NCBI GenBank assembly: GCA_046703825.1
Contig: JBJKSO010000105.1
Location: 320-64,319, forward strand
Reading direction: 5' to 3'
DNA: 64,000 bases
Origin: Candidatus Dormibacteria bacterium
GTDB taxonomy: Bacteria > Chloroflexota > Dormibacteria > Aeolococcales > Bog-877
This document shows, piece by piece, positions 9,023 to 17,679 of this stretch (its first letter is position 1; each line of letters begins with the position of its first letter). Made by a program: the position numbers and the translations under genes. The notes below the pieces were generated by a model. It made no database searches and was not told the DNA's origin. It saw only the letters and a list, made by a program, of their open reading frames with translations.

Positions 9023-9809
9023 GACCCATCCCTCCCGTCCTCGTGGTTATAGGGGATTCCGTAGTGGCCGGACTCATCCCCTCTTCGCGAGTCCGGACCT
9101 CCGGATGGAGCCAATGCTCCATTGCATGACGTATGTGCGTGCGCGCGGCGAGTTCCGCGGCGGAAGAGTCTCCAGACGTGATCTCAGCCAGTATCTGATG
9201 GTGCTCCCGCGCTGAGACACGCAACCGGATCTCCTGGTGTCTCAAGCGAAGATAGGTCGCTTGGGACGAAGCACGGATAATGTGCGCCATCCTGCGCAGC
9301 CAGCTGTGGTCGAGGTCCTCCAGCAGCCCGATATGAAATCGGGTGTTCGCTTGCATGTACGCCTTGCGGTCGTCGGTCTCACTCGCCGCTTCCATCTCGC
9401 CGACGCAGGTCGTTAAGGCTTCACGCGCCGAGGAGCTCAACCCCTGCGTCGAAAGCAGGCGCGCGACCAGCCCATCAATTACCTCGCGTACTTCCAGAAG
9501 CTCGCGTGCTGCGGGCCCTGAGAGATCTACAACTGTGCTGGTGCCGTGGGAGTTCGTTTCTATAAGCCCCTCCCCTTCCAGGGTCCGCAGCGCAGCCCGC
9601 AGGGGGGTTCGGCTGACGCCGAGCAACCTAGCGAGATCGTCTTGCGGGACGGAGGTGCCAGGGGCCAGTCGGCCATCGAAGATCAGTGTTCGAAGCTGGT
9701 CGGCGGCGAGCTCCGGCAGTTGGGATGGCCGGCGGACGGCCCAGCCACCGGCGATCGAGGCGGTCGACTCAGCCTGGTCAGTCCCGTGGTGGGCAATCGG
9801 TCGGCTCAA
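9012..9809 (-). CDS. GntR-family (FadR/FCD-type) transcriptional regulator
   Basis: ORF track, 265 aa. The wHTH reads LPQDDLARLLGVSRTPLRAALRTLEGEGLI and is followed by a helical FCD-like domain. TTG start with GGAGGA 8 nt upstream. Confidence 0.85.
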   Translation of the reverse strand: MSRPIAHHGTDQAESTASIAGGWAVRRPSQLPELAADQLRTLIFDGRLAPGTSVPQDDLARLLGVSRTPLRAALRTLEGEGLIETNSHGTSTVVDLSGPAARELLEVREVIDGLVARLLSTQGLSSSAREALTTCVGEMEAASETDDRKAYMQANTRFHIGLLEDLDHSWLRRMAHIIRASSQATYLRLRHQEIRLRVSAREHHQILAEITSGDSSAAELAARTHIRHAMEHWLHPEVRTREEGMSPATTESPITTRTGGMGRGI

Positions 9810-9832
9810 GCGTTTCGTCCTCCAGAAGCTGC

Positions 9833-9847
9833 GTATACTGGATCCAG
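9833..9847. promoter_or_regulatory. candidate operator: adjacent perfect palindromes GTATAC and CTGGATCCAG
   Basis: GTATAC lies at 9833-9838 and CTGGATCCAG at 9838-9847. Both sit 24-38 nt upstream of the GntR start, inside the divergent intergenic region. Confidence 0.3.
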
Positions 9848-10024
9848 GACACGGTCGGCGTCAAGTGGCTGCGGCTAGTGAAGTCGGAGGCTCCAAACTG
9901 ATGTTCGATCAACGCGTATGCCCTCAGTCATTGGACCCGCGGGATCAGCTGAGAGCGACGCGTGCCTCTCTAGGCGTAGCCTGGCGTCCGCCGTGCTTGC
10001 ACCTGGAGATGATGGCGGTGAGCC

Positions 10025-10780
10025 ATGAGTGAGGATGGAGGACACCGCTGGACTGGTGAGGTCTTGTTGGAGGACGCCAGACGGCTGGTCGAGGCGGCGC
10101 AGCGCAGAGGCGTTCGCGCCCGACTGTTGGGGGGCGTTGCCTTCTTTCACGTTTCCCCAACAGCGAGGGAGGGATCGCTAAGTCGGCGGTATCGCGACTT
10201 CGACCTGGTGGTAGGTCGGCGCGCTGGACGGGATTTGGCGAGACTGTTCCGCGAGTTGGGTTACGGGGAGAATCGGAACTTCAACGCCCTGCACGGTGCC
10301 GATCGACTAATCTTCTTCCACCCAGACAAAGGGTTTTCGATAGACATTCTTGTTGGCGACTTCAAGATGTGTCACAAACTCGCCCTCGACGGGCGCCTAC
10401 CGGCAGAAGGTCTAACGCTAAGCCCGGCCCAGCTGCTGTTAACCAAGCTTCAGATTGTTCAGATTGAGGACAAGGATCTGGGGGATGCGGCCGCGCTGGT
10501 CGCCGACGCAAGTGGGCAGGATCCGCCGATTCTGGACGCCCGGCAGTTCGCAGAACCATTAGGTCGAGATTGGGGTTTTTATCACACGGTCGAAATCAAC
10601 CTTCGTCGTCTCAGCGACTTCGCTGACAGTCGCCTGCCTAGCCATATAGCCTCGACCATACGTCAGCGCGTCTCTGCCTTACGAGCAGCCATGGAAGGGG
10701 AGCCCAAGAGCTTCGGCTGGCAAACACGCGCGCGCGTCGGAGAGAAGCGGCGCTGGTACGACCTGCCAGAGGAAGTCTAA
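10025..10780 (+). CDS. nucleotidyltransferase-fold protein of unknown function
   Basis: ORF track, 251 aa. LLGGVAFFH...YRDFDLVV resembles the minimal NTase G-x-x and DxD signature. Confidence 0.55.
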   Translation: MSEDGGHRWTGEVLLEDARRLVEAAQRRGVRARLLGGVAFFHVSPTAREGSLSRRYRDFDLVVGRRAGRDLARLFRELGYGENRNFNALHGADRLIFFHPDKGFSIDILVGDFKMCHKLALDGRLPAEGLTLSPAQLLLTKLQIVQIEDKDLGDAAALVADASGQDPPILDARQFAEPLGRDWGFYHTVEINLRRLSDFADSRLPSHIASTIRQRVSALRAAMEGEPKSFGWQTRARVGEKRRWYDLPEEV

Positions 10781-10851
10781 AAAGCATGCGATCCGTCCGT
10801 TGAATGGTCTGCGGTCTCTAATCTGCCGAACCTCACATTGAGAAGGGTGCC

Positions 10852-11133
10852 GTGCGACACAAGAGGTGGTTGGCGGTGGAACCGACCGATTCGCTAGCTC
10901 ACCATGGGGAGCTAGTTCGGCAACTCCGTCACTGGGAGGCCTGGAGACGCTGGCTGGGCGCGAGACTCAAAGCCGCGCAGACCGCCGGATACCCTCGTGC
11001 TAGCGCCACGCGTATTTTTGAGGCCGTTGCAGCACGTGGCGTCATGGCGCCCCGGGACGCGGTGGCAGATCTGGCGGTGAGGAGGATGGCGCCGATTGAG
11101 AGTACAAGCTGGCCGCGCGCACCGTTGCCGTAG
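10852..11133 (+). CDS. hypothetical protein (weak)
   Basis: ORF track, 93 aa. GTG start, poor SD, no recognisable motif. Confidence 0.2.
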   Translation: MRHKRWLAVEPTDSLAHHGELVRQLRHWEAWRRWLGARLKAAQTAGYPRASATRIFEAVAARGVMAPRDAVADLAVRRMAPIESTSWPRAPLP

Positions 11134-11228
11134 TGGCACCGTCGCTCACGCACCTGAAAGCGATCGTTCTGCACTGCGACCCGCCCACTCCGATTTCGGC
11201 CGGATCAAGGCTCTCAGGTGAGATGGAA

Positions 11229-11301
11229 AGCGGGAGACGGGTCTCGAACCCGCGACCTTCTGCTTGGGAAGCAGACGCTCTACCAACTGAGCTACTCCCG
11301 C
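11229..11301 (-). tRNA. tRNA-Gly (anticodon CCC)
   Basis: The minus strand reads GCGGGAGTAGCTCAGTTGGTAGAGCGTCTGCTTCCCAAGCAGAAGGTCGCGGGTTCGAGACCCGTCTCCCGCT. It folds by hand into a 73-nt cloverleaf with anticodon loop TTCCCAA. CCA is not encoded. Confidence 0.95.
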
Positions 11302-11382
11302 CAGCCGGACGAGAGCCGGAGTATAGCTCGTGCCTGTGATACCTTCGGGCGGCCATCGGTTCGCGCCAAGGAGGAGCCGACG

Positions 11383-11661
11383 ATGATCACCGCCTTCATG
11401 CTTGTCACCGCCGATCGCTCCCATCTGGCTGAGCTCGGTCCCCGGCTAGCGGCGTGCGAGGGGGTCGCCGAGGTCTACACGACCACCGGTGACGTGGACT
11501 TCATAGTTCGGATCCAGGTCGCTGACCTGGAGGAGCTGTCGGTCTTGGTCCAGGACCGGTTGGGACGAATCGAGGGCATCCTGGCCACCAAGACCCACCT
11601 GGCGATGCGTCGCTTCGCCCCCGCAGAGATCGCAGCCGCCTTCGACCTCGGCATCGACTGA
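11383..11661 (+). CDS. stand-alone Lrp/AsnC ligand-binding (RAM) domain protein
   Basis: ATG at 11383, preceded by AAGGAGG (11368-11374). The 92-aa protein reads MITAFMLVTADRS...VAEVYTTTGDVDFIVRIQV, typical of the AsnC_trans_reg domain. Confidence 0.75.
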   Translation: MITAFMLVTADRSHLAELGPRLAACEGVAEVYTTTGDVDFIVRIQVADLEELSVLVQDRLGRIEGILATKTHLAMRRFAPAEIAAAFDLGID

Positions 11662-11684
11662 GGGATCCCGGGCGGTCACCGGGC

Positions 11685-12380
11685 TCAGATGCCGGCCGAA
11701 CCCAGAAGATGACCCACCCCGGCGGTCACCGCCATCGCAGCGCCCCCGCCGAGCAGCACCCTGAGCCCGCCTCGGCGCCAGTCAGCGCCACCGGCCAGCG
11801 CGCCCAGGACGCCGAGCCCCACCAGCGCGATCAGTGCCACCACCACCAGGGCGATGGCCCGGGCCACACCGGTGGAAAGTAAGCCGGTGACCACCGGAAT
11901 CGCGGCGCCACCGGCGAACGCCGCTGCCGACGACACGGCCGCCTGAAGTGGCCGCGCCCGGCCGTACTCGGTAATGCCCAGCTCGTCGCGAGCGTGGCTT
12001 TCCAGAGGGTTGCGCTCCATCAGTTGCCGCGCGACCTGCGCCGCCAGCTCGCGATCCAGGCCCCGCTCCACGTAGATCTGGGTCAGCTCTTCCCGCTCCC
12101 ACTCCGGGTTGGCGTGCAGCTCCAGCTGCTCGCGCGCCAGCTCTGCCTGCTCGGAGTCCTTCTGGCTCGACACCGAAACGTACTCGCCCGCCGCCATCGA
12201 CATTGCGCCCGCCACCAGCCCGGCCACTCCCGCGACCAGTACCTGGGGTGAGCTGGCGTGGGAGGTGGCGACACCCAGCATCAGGCTCGCGGTGGAGACG
12301 ATCCCGTCGTCGGCGCCCAGCACCGCGGCGCGCAGCCAGCCGGTCCCCGACAGGCGGTGGCTTTCAGCTACCGGCCTCAC
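11685..12380 (-). CDS. VIT1/CCC1-family iron/manganese transporter
   Basis: ORF track, 231 aa. Motifs read AAVLGADDGIVSTASLMLGV and AGEYVSVSSQKDSE. C-terminal TM helices are present. Confidence 0.85.
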   Translation of the reverse strand: MRPVAESHRLSGTGWLRAAVLGADDGIVSTASLMLGVATSHASSPQVLVAGVAGLVAGAMSMAAGEYVSVSSQKDSEQAELAREQLELHANPEWEREELTQIYVERGLDRELAAQVARQLMERNPLESHARDELGITEYGRARPLQAAVSSAAAFAGGAAIPVVTGLLSTGVARAIALVVVALIALVGLGVLGALAGGADWRRGGLRVLLGGGAAMAVTAGVGHLLGSAGI

Positions 12381-12401
12381 CCGCTCCCCAGCACAGCTAC
12401 G

Positions 12402-14915
12402 CTACTGAGCGGCCGCGGCCTGCTGGATCGCGGTCGAGACCTCCCCCATCCAGCGCTCCAGGCTCGCCTCGGCGGCGAGCGGATCCGGCCCGGATGCGAT
12501 GACCCGGTAGCGGGGGCGGTCGGCGTCGGGCAGCAGCAGCACCCACCCTTGCTCCAAGCTCAGCTTCAACCCATCGGTGAGATCGACGCGGTCGTTGTGA
12601 TGCGCCTCCACCATCCGTCGCATCACCTCGCCCTTTACGTCCCAGGCGCAGGGTAGCGAGCGCTCGAGGTGCGCCCCCACCGGGAGCTGATCCACCAGGT
12701 GGGACACCGTGTCCCCGCTCTCGCACACCAACTCCAGGGTGGCCAGCAGGCTGTAGATGGCATCGTAGGCGGCCAGGTGCGCCGGCCAGACCAGCCCGTA
12801 GTCCTCGTCGGCGCCCAGCAGCGCCTGGGTCCGCGAGGCCGCGCGCAGGACCGACGTCCCCGCTGCCCGGGCGGAGACCATCCGCCCCCCGGCGCTGTTG
12901 ACCGCCTGCTCCAGCCGCCAGGGAGCGGAGACCGGAGCCACCACAGACCCCGGCCCCCGCATCTTTAGCGCCAGGGTCGCCAGCAGGCTGGTGGCCTGAT
13001 CATGAAGAAGCACCCGGCCCTTATCGTCGATCAAGGTGACGCGCTGCCCGGAGGGGTCGATCCGCACGCCCAGCAGGGCGCCGACGGTGCGGGTGATGGC
13101 GGAGGCCTGCTCAAGATCTTCGTCGCGGTTGCGCGAGGAGAAGAGCAAGGCGGAGTCCTCCTCCATTCCCGGGCGCAGGCTGATCACCTCCACCCGAGCC
13201 TGCTGGAGCAGCTGGCGCAGAACGGAGGTGGCGCTGCTGTAACCAAAGTCGACCAGCACGGTGGGCCGGGCGGAACGGATCGCGGCCACGTCGATCTGGT
13301 TGAGTACATGCTGCTCGTAGGCGGCGACCACACCGCTCGGGTAGTCGATCCCCGCGATCTCGCGGGTGACCACGCGCCGGAAGTCCTCGCGGAAGAAGGT
13401 GTTCTCCAGGCGGCGCTCTTGGCGGCGGTCGAGGGCCATCCCCCGATCGTCCAGGAGGAGGACGTCGGCCGAGCGAACATCCAGGGGGGAAGAGAGGATA
13501 TGGGCCGCTCCCACCGCTGACGACTCCCGCGCGAAGTAGCAAGTCACCGGCACCGGCAGCTCGGTCAGGTCGAGCACGTGGGCACCGGCGGAGAGCATCC
13601 CCGAGATGATCGCCCGCTTGATCATGCGGGATCCCTGGCTCCAGTCGCGGCAGATGGCCAGGTCCACCCCGCGCGGCTGGTTGGCGGCCCACGCCGCCCC
13701 CAGGCGGGCACACCACTCGGGCGTCAGCTCCACGTTGATCAGCCCGGTGATGCCGGCCGAACCGAACAGGCTGGAGCGCCAGGCGCCGGCCCAGATCACC
13801 GACTCGTGCACCACCGAACCGGGTTCGATCTCCTTCCCGGGCCAGATGCGCACGCCCTGCTCCACCACGGTTCCGGCGCCGATGGTGCAGTCGTCGCCGA
13901 TCACGGTGCCGTCGTCCAGCAGCACCTCGGGGCGGATGGTGGCGCCACCGCACACCACCGCCTGGCGCAGCCGCGAGCGCTCACCGACGTAGGCCTGCGT
14001 CCAGATCACGCTGCTGCTGACCTTGGCGCCGTCGTCGACGACCACGAAGCTGTCCAGCACCACCGGCCCATTGAGGAAGGCCTCCGCCCCCACCACCGCG
14101 TCCCGGCCCACGTAGGCCGGACCCTCGATCCGGGCGTTGCCGGCCACCTCCGCCCCCTCGACCACCCACTGCGACGGCCCCACCTGCCGCCCGGCGATCT
14201 CGCACTGCACGCGGCCCTCGAGCGCATCCCAGTTGGCCTGCAGGTAGCTGGCGACGCTGCCGATGTCGCACCAGTAGCCGCGGCCCTGGACCGCCCAGAG
14301 CTCGTCCTGGCTCGCCAGCATCTGGGGGAAGACGTCCTGAGACCAATCGCAGGGGCGGTCGTCCGGGATGTAGTCCAGCACCTCCGGGTCGATCACGTAG
14401 ATGCCGGTGTTGGCGAGGTCCGAGAAGACCTCTCCCCAGGACGGCTTCTCCAAGAAGCGCTGCACCCGTCCAGCTCCCTCGACGATCACCACCCCGTACT
14501 CCAGCGGGTTGCCCACCCGTGAGAGCACCACGGTGGCGCGGGCGCCGTGGTCGTGGTGGAAGGCGGTGACGTGGCTCAGGTCGATGTCGGTGAGCGCGTC
14601 GCCGCTGATCACCAGAAACGTGGAGTCGAGCAGGCTGGCGGCGTTCTTGACGCTCCCGGCGGTGCCCAGCGGCCGGTCCTCGACCGCGTACTCCAGGCTC
14701 ATCCCCAGCTCGGCGCCGTCGCCGAAGTAGTTGCGGATGCTGGCGCCCAGGTACTGCAGGGTGATCACCACCTCCGTGATCCCGTGGCGGCGGAGAAGGC
14801 GCAGCACGTGCTCCAGGCAGGGGCGCCCGACCACCGGCACCAGCGGCTTGGGCCGCCGGCTGGTGAGTGGGCGCAGGCGGCTGCCCTCGCCTCCCGCCAT
14901 CACCACCGCCTTCAA
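12402..14915 (-). CDS. fused sugar-1-phosphate nucleotidylyltransferase (ManC-like) / phosphohexomutase (ManB-like)
   Basis: ORF track, 837 aa. The N-terminus [25 protein letters not shown] is followed by a hexapeptide-repeat region and then a phosphomutase-like C-terminal half. TTG start. Confidence 0.85.
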   Translation of the reverse strand: MKAVVMAGGEGSRLRPLTSRRPKPLVPVVGRPCLEHVLRLLRRHGITEVVITLQYLGASIRNYFGDGAELGMSLEYAVEDRPLGTAGSVKNAASLLDSTFLVISGDALTDIDLSHVTAFHHDHGARATVVLSRVGNPLEYGVVIVEGAGRVQRFLEKPSWGEVFSDLANTGIYVIDPEVLDYIPDDRPCDWSQDVFPQMLASQDELWAVQGRGYWCDIGSVASYLQANWDALEGRVQCEIAGRQVGPSQWVVEGAEVAGNARIEGPAYVGRDAVVGAEAFLNGPVVLDSFVVVDDGAKVSSSVIWTQAYVGERSRLRQAVVCGGATIRPEVLLDDGTVIGDDCTIGAGTVVEQGVRIWPGKEIEPGSVVHESVIWAGAWRSSLFGSAGITGLINVELTPEWCARLGAAWAANQPRGVDLAICRDWSQGSRMIKRAIISGMLSAGAHVLDLTELPVPVTCYFARESSAVGAAHILSSPLDVRSADVLLLDDRGMALDRRQERRLENTFFREDFRRVVTREIAGIDYPSGVVAAYEQHVLNQIDVAAIRSARPTVLVDFGYSSATSVLRQLLQQARVEVISLRPGMEEDSALLFSSRNRDEDLEQASAITRTVGALLGVRIDPSGQRVTLIDDKGRVLLHDQATSLLATLALKMRGPGSVVAPVSAPWRLEQAVNSAGGRMVSARAAGTSVLRAASRTQALLGADEDYGLVWPAHLAAYDAIYSLLATLELVCESGDTVSHLVDQLPVGAHLERSLPCAWDVKGEVMRRMVEAHHNDRVDLTDGLKLSLEQGWVLLLPDADRPRYRVIASGPDPLAAEASLERWMGEVSTAIQQAAAAQ

Positions 14916-14955
14916 CTCAGCACCGCCTCACCGAGCCCCTGCCGCCCCGCCGCGA

Positions 14956-16038
14956 TCATACGAAGAGTCGCCGGCCCCGGCGGCGGTCGAGCCAGAGGAG
15001 CCCCGCCACCGCGACACCGAACAGCACCGCCACCCCGGCCGTGCCCAGGGCCTCCGCCAGGCCCGTACCCCCCGAGTAAACGGGGGGCGCCGGAAGTGTT
15101 TGCAGCCGGTGGAGGAAGACCCGGTGGGGGGCGGCGGCAATCACCTCTCCGTGAGGTCGTGCGGCGAACACCGGCCCCAGAGTCGCCAGCGCCAGGACCG
15201 AGGAGCTGGGAGCGGTGCGGTACCAGCTGAATCCAGCGTCGGGGGTGAGTAGCGTGCCGAACCCACGAGTGGCCAGGTAGGCGGCCTGGGGGCCGTCGGA
15301 GGCCAAGGCGGTGATCACGGGGATGCCGCCGATGCCACCGTAGGGCAGGAGTTGGAAGACTGCCTGCCACCTGCCGCCGGGGTCAGCCCAGACAGTGCCG
15401 GATGGCTGAGCCACGAGCTGGGTGCCGATTCCCAGCTCCGCGATCCGGCTTCCTTGCGGCACGGGTGGTGCCCCGGGGGCGGCGTGAAAGGAGCTGCCGT
15501 CGCCGAGCACGATCCTGCCACCGACCGATGCCATCCAGGGAAGCCCGCCTCGGGGAGGCGCCAGCACCGCCGTGGCGTCCCCGGCCATCCGCCTCCTGAG
15601 GTGGCGGCCCAGGCGGCCGAAGTAGAGGCCAGCCCGGCTGGCGACCGCCAGCTGCGCCTCCCCAGTCCCACCCAAGGCGAGGCCCTGCACCGGAGGGGGA
15701 ACGCGACCCAGCCAGCGCGACGGCCCCCCGTGGCTGACCCGCGCCAAGGTCCCGTTCGAGAAGGCGACCACGCCGGTGCCGCCCACAGCGGCCACCGCGA
15801 CCGGCCGCTCCGGCGACGCGCGGAACGGGTCGAACTGGCCGGTGGCGGCGCGGTACCAGGCGGTCCGGCCAGCGGCCGTCAGCACCAAAGTCCAGCCGCC
15901 GACGGGGTTGGAGGCGACCTGCGTCAGGCTCAGGGCCGGGCCACCGCTCTGGCTCCACCAGCCTCCGGCCAGCACCAGCGGCGCTGAGAGCACCAGCCCG
16001 AGCCCGGCCAGCAAGAGCGCCAGCGGAAGCCGCTTCAA
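14956..16038 (-). CDS. secreted BNR/Asp-box-containing protein with a C-terminal hydrophobic helix and basic tail
   Basis: ORF track, 360 aa. Signal peptide MKRLPLALLLAGLGLVLSAPLVLA. Asp-box-like TPDAGFSW and ADPGGRW. The C-terminus reads YSGGTGLAEALGTAGVAVLFGVAVAGLLWLDRRRGRRLFV. The TTG start lies 1 nt after the CPBP stop. Confidence 0.75.
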   Translation of the reverse strand: MKRLPLALLLAGLGLVLSAPLVLAGGWWSQSGGPALSLTQVASNPVGGWTLVLTAAGRTAWYRAATGQFDPFRASPERPVAVAAVGGTGVVAFSNGTLARVSHGGPSRWLGRVPPPVQGLALGGTGEAQLAVASRAGLYFGRLGRHLRRRMAGDATAVLAPPRGGLPWMASVGGRIVLGDGSSFHAAPGAPPVPQGSRIAELGIGTQLVAQPSGTVWADPGGRWQAVFQLLPYGGIGGIPVITALASDGPQAAYLATRGFGTLLTPDAGFSWYRTAPSSSVLALATLGPVFAARPHGEVIAAAPHRVFLHRLQTLPAPPVYSGGTGLAEALGTAGVAVLFGVAVAGLLWLDRRRGRRLFV

Positions 16039-16039
16039 C

Positions 16040-16930
16040 TCAAGCTCCGTAGAGCCCGCTGACGATCACCGCCAGCACGAAGAGGTCCGCCACCACATGG
16101 ACCATAGCCGCCGGCAGCAGGCTGCCCGTCCTCTGCGTCATCCAGCCCCAGATCAGCCCCAGCAGCACCACGATGGGGATGAAGGTCTCCGCCGGCCCCT
16201 GGTAGGTGATGGCGACGTGCGCAACACCGAAAATGAGCGCCTGCAGCCAGAGCGCGGTCGCCGGTCGGTGGTGGCGCTCCAGCGCGGCCATCATGACACC
16301 GCGGAACTGGACCTCCTGGGCGATGGCGCTGGTGCCGTTGGCAACTCCATAGGCGACCGCGGCAGGTCCGCCCAGAGCCAGCAGCGGCACTCCCTCCCGT
16401 CCGATCCAAGGTCCGGGCAGGGCAAACGCCACCACCAGGAACGCCAGCGTCACCCCCAGCCCAAGGAGCAGCGCTCGCCCCGAGGGGCGGCTCGCGATCC
16501 TCAAGCTCGGCCGTGGCCGGGGCGAGATCAGCCAGAAGATGACCGCCATCACCAAAGCCAGCCCGAGCCACAAAGAGCCGGCGAAGGCCTGTCGGTTGAG
16601 GCTGAAGGCGGAGGCGCCCAACAGACCGGGGAAGGGGCCGGTGTAGGCGGTCAGGAATGCCCAGACCGAGTAGGGCAGGGTGAGGCTGAGAAAGGCGAAG
16701 GCCAGCGGCAGCGAAGGCCGCAACCCGGGCAGGGCGCAGGTCGCCACGACGATGGCGAAGTAGCCGGTGAGGCGCCAAACATAGGGGTCGACGCTCTGGG
16801 GGTCGCCGAACAGCCGAGGCACCAGCATCACTCCGGCCGCACCGGCAAGGATGAGCAGGAGCGGCGCCCAGCCTGCCTCCGGAGCTGAGCCCAGCGCCGA
16901 CAGCCGGCGAACCGCCGCGGCGGCGCTCAA
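16040..16930 (-). CDS. CPBP-family (CAAX/Abi) intramembrane glutamic endopeptidase
   Basis: ORF track, 296 aa. Polytopic. Motifs read QEVQFRG, FGVAH and HVVAD. Confidence 0.8.
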   Translation of the reverse strand: MSAAAAVRRLSALGSAPEAGWAPLLLILAGAAGVMLVPRLFGDPQSVDPYVWRLTGYFAIVVATCALPGLRPSLPLAFAFLSLTLPYSVWAFLTAYTGPFPGLLGASAFSLNRQAFAGSLWLGLALVMAVIFWLISPRPRPSLRIASRPSGRALLLGLGVTLAFLVVAFALPGPWIGREGVPLLALGGPAAVAYGVANGTSAIAQEVQFRGVMMAALERHHRPATALWLQALIFGVAHVAITYQGPAETFIPIVVLLGLIWGWMTQRTGSLLPAAMVHVVADLFVLAVIVSGLYGA

Positions 16931-16954
16931 CGCGGAGGCAGGCCCGCCCGGCGG

Positions 16955-17518
16955 CTAGGAAGTGGTTTCGCCGGAGCCGCTCTGCGCGGACGCGCCCGTG
17001 CCGTTGCCCGATGGAGTGATCTCGATGTCGTCCATCTCCTCGCCCCGCAGGCGGTCGACCAGGTCGTAGACCTTGTCCTGCACCGTCCCCGAGAAGAGAA
17101 AAGCGACGCCAGCGCTGGCGAAGACGCCGGCCGCCACCCACTTGGAAGAGATGTGGCGGCTGGACTTGGGCTTGACCCCAGCCTTGCGCAGCGAGCTCTG
17201 CACCTTCTTGCGGGTGTCGGGCGGCAGCGAGTTGCTCGCCTCATAGGCAGCCTGGACCACCCGCTCGGCCAGGTCGCCGGAACGCTCTCTGGCCACCTCC
17301 ACCGCCTCTGCCGCCCGCTTCTGGGCCTCCTCCGCCACCGGCTGCATCTCCTTCGCGATCCTCTCGGCAACCTCGGGGATCTGGCGGCTCACGGCCGCCA
17401 GCGCCGGCCCCAGCGCCTCACCAGCGGTCTTGACGCCGGTGCCGAGGACATCAACCACTACTTCCGCCGCATCCCCGGCAGAAATTCGCTGGGGACGCTG
17501 CCTTTGACGCAACTTCAC
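16955..17518 (-). CDS. hypothetical helical protein with one TM segment
   Basis: ORF track, 187 aa. Ala/Glu-rich amphipathic N-terminal half. TM segment WVAAGVFASAGVAFLF. It lies 24 nt upstream of the CPBP gene. Confidence 0.6.
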   Translation of the reverse strand: MKLRQRQRPQRISAGDAAEVVVDVLGTGVKTAGEALGPALAAVSRQIPEVAERIAKEMQPVAEEAQKRAAEAVEVARERSGDLAERVVQAAYEASNSLPPDTRKKVQSSLRKAGVKPKSSRHISSKWVAAGVFASAGVAFLFSGTVQDKVYDLVDRLRGEEMDDIEITPSGNGTGASAQSGSGETTS

Positions 17519-17679
17519 ACCATTTCCTCCTCTTGCTTACGCGGCTGATCTTACCTAGAGGAACAACCCCGACCCCGGCGCCATCGTCTCATGTGGCGGC
17601 GCACAGTGGACTAGTGGAGGGGAGTTCGCCCAGTCAGGCAGGGGGCGTGAGCCACCTTTGGCTCGGGCAGTGCCCAGCG

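Noticed and set aside
10025-11133. Nucleotidyltransferase-fold gene plus the small downstream ORF, considered as a toxin-antitoxin (MNT/HEPN-like) or CBASS-like defence pair
   Set aside because: The 251-aa protein is too large for MNT antitoxins and too small, and lacks the motifs, for CD-NTases. The 93-aa partner has no HEPN Rx4-6H motif and poor start signals. The genes are 71 nt apart rather than coupled.
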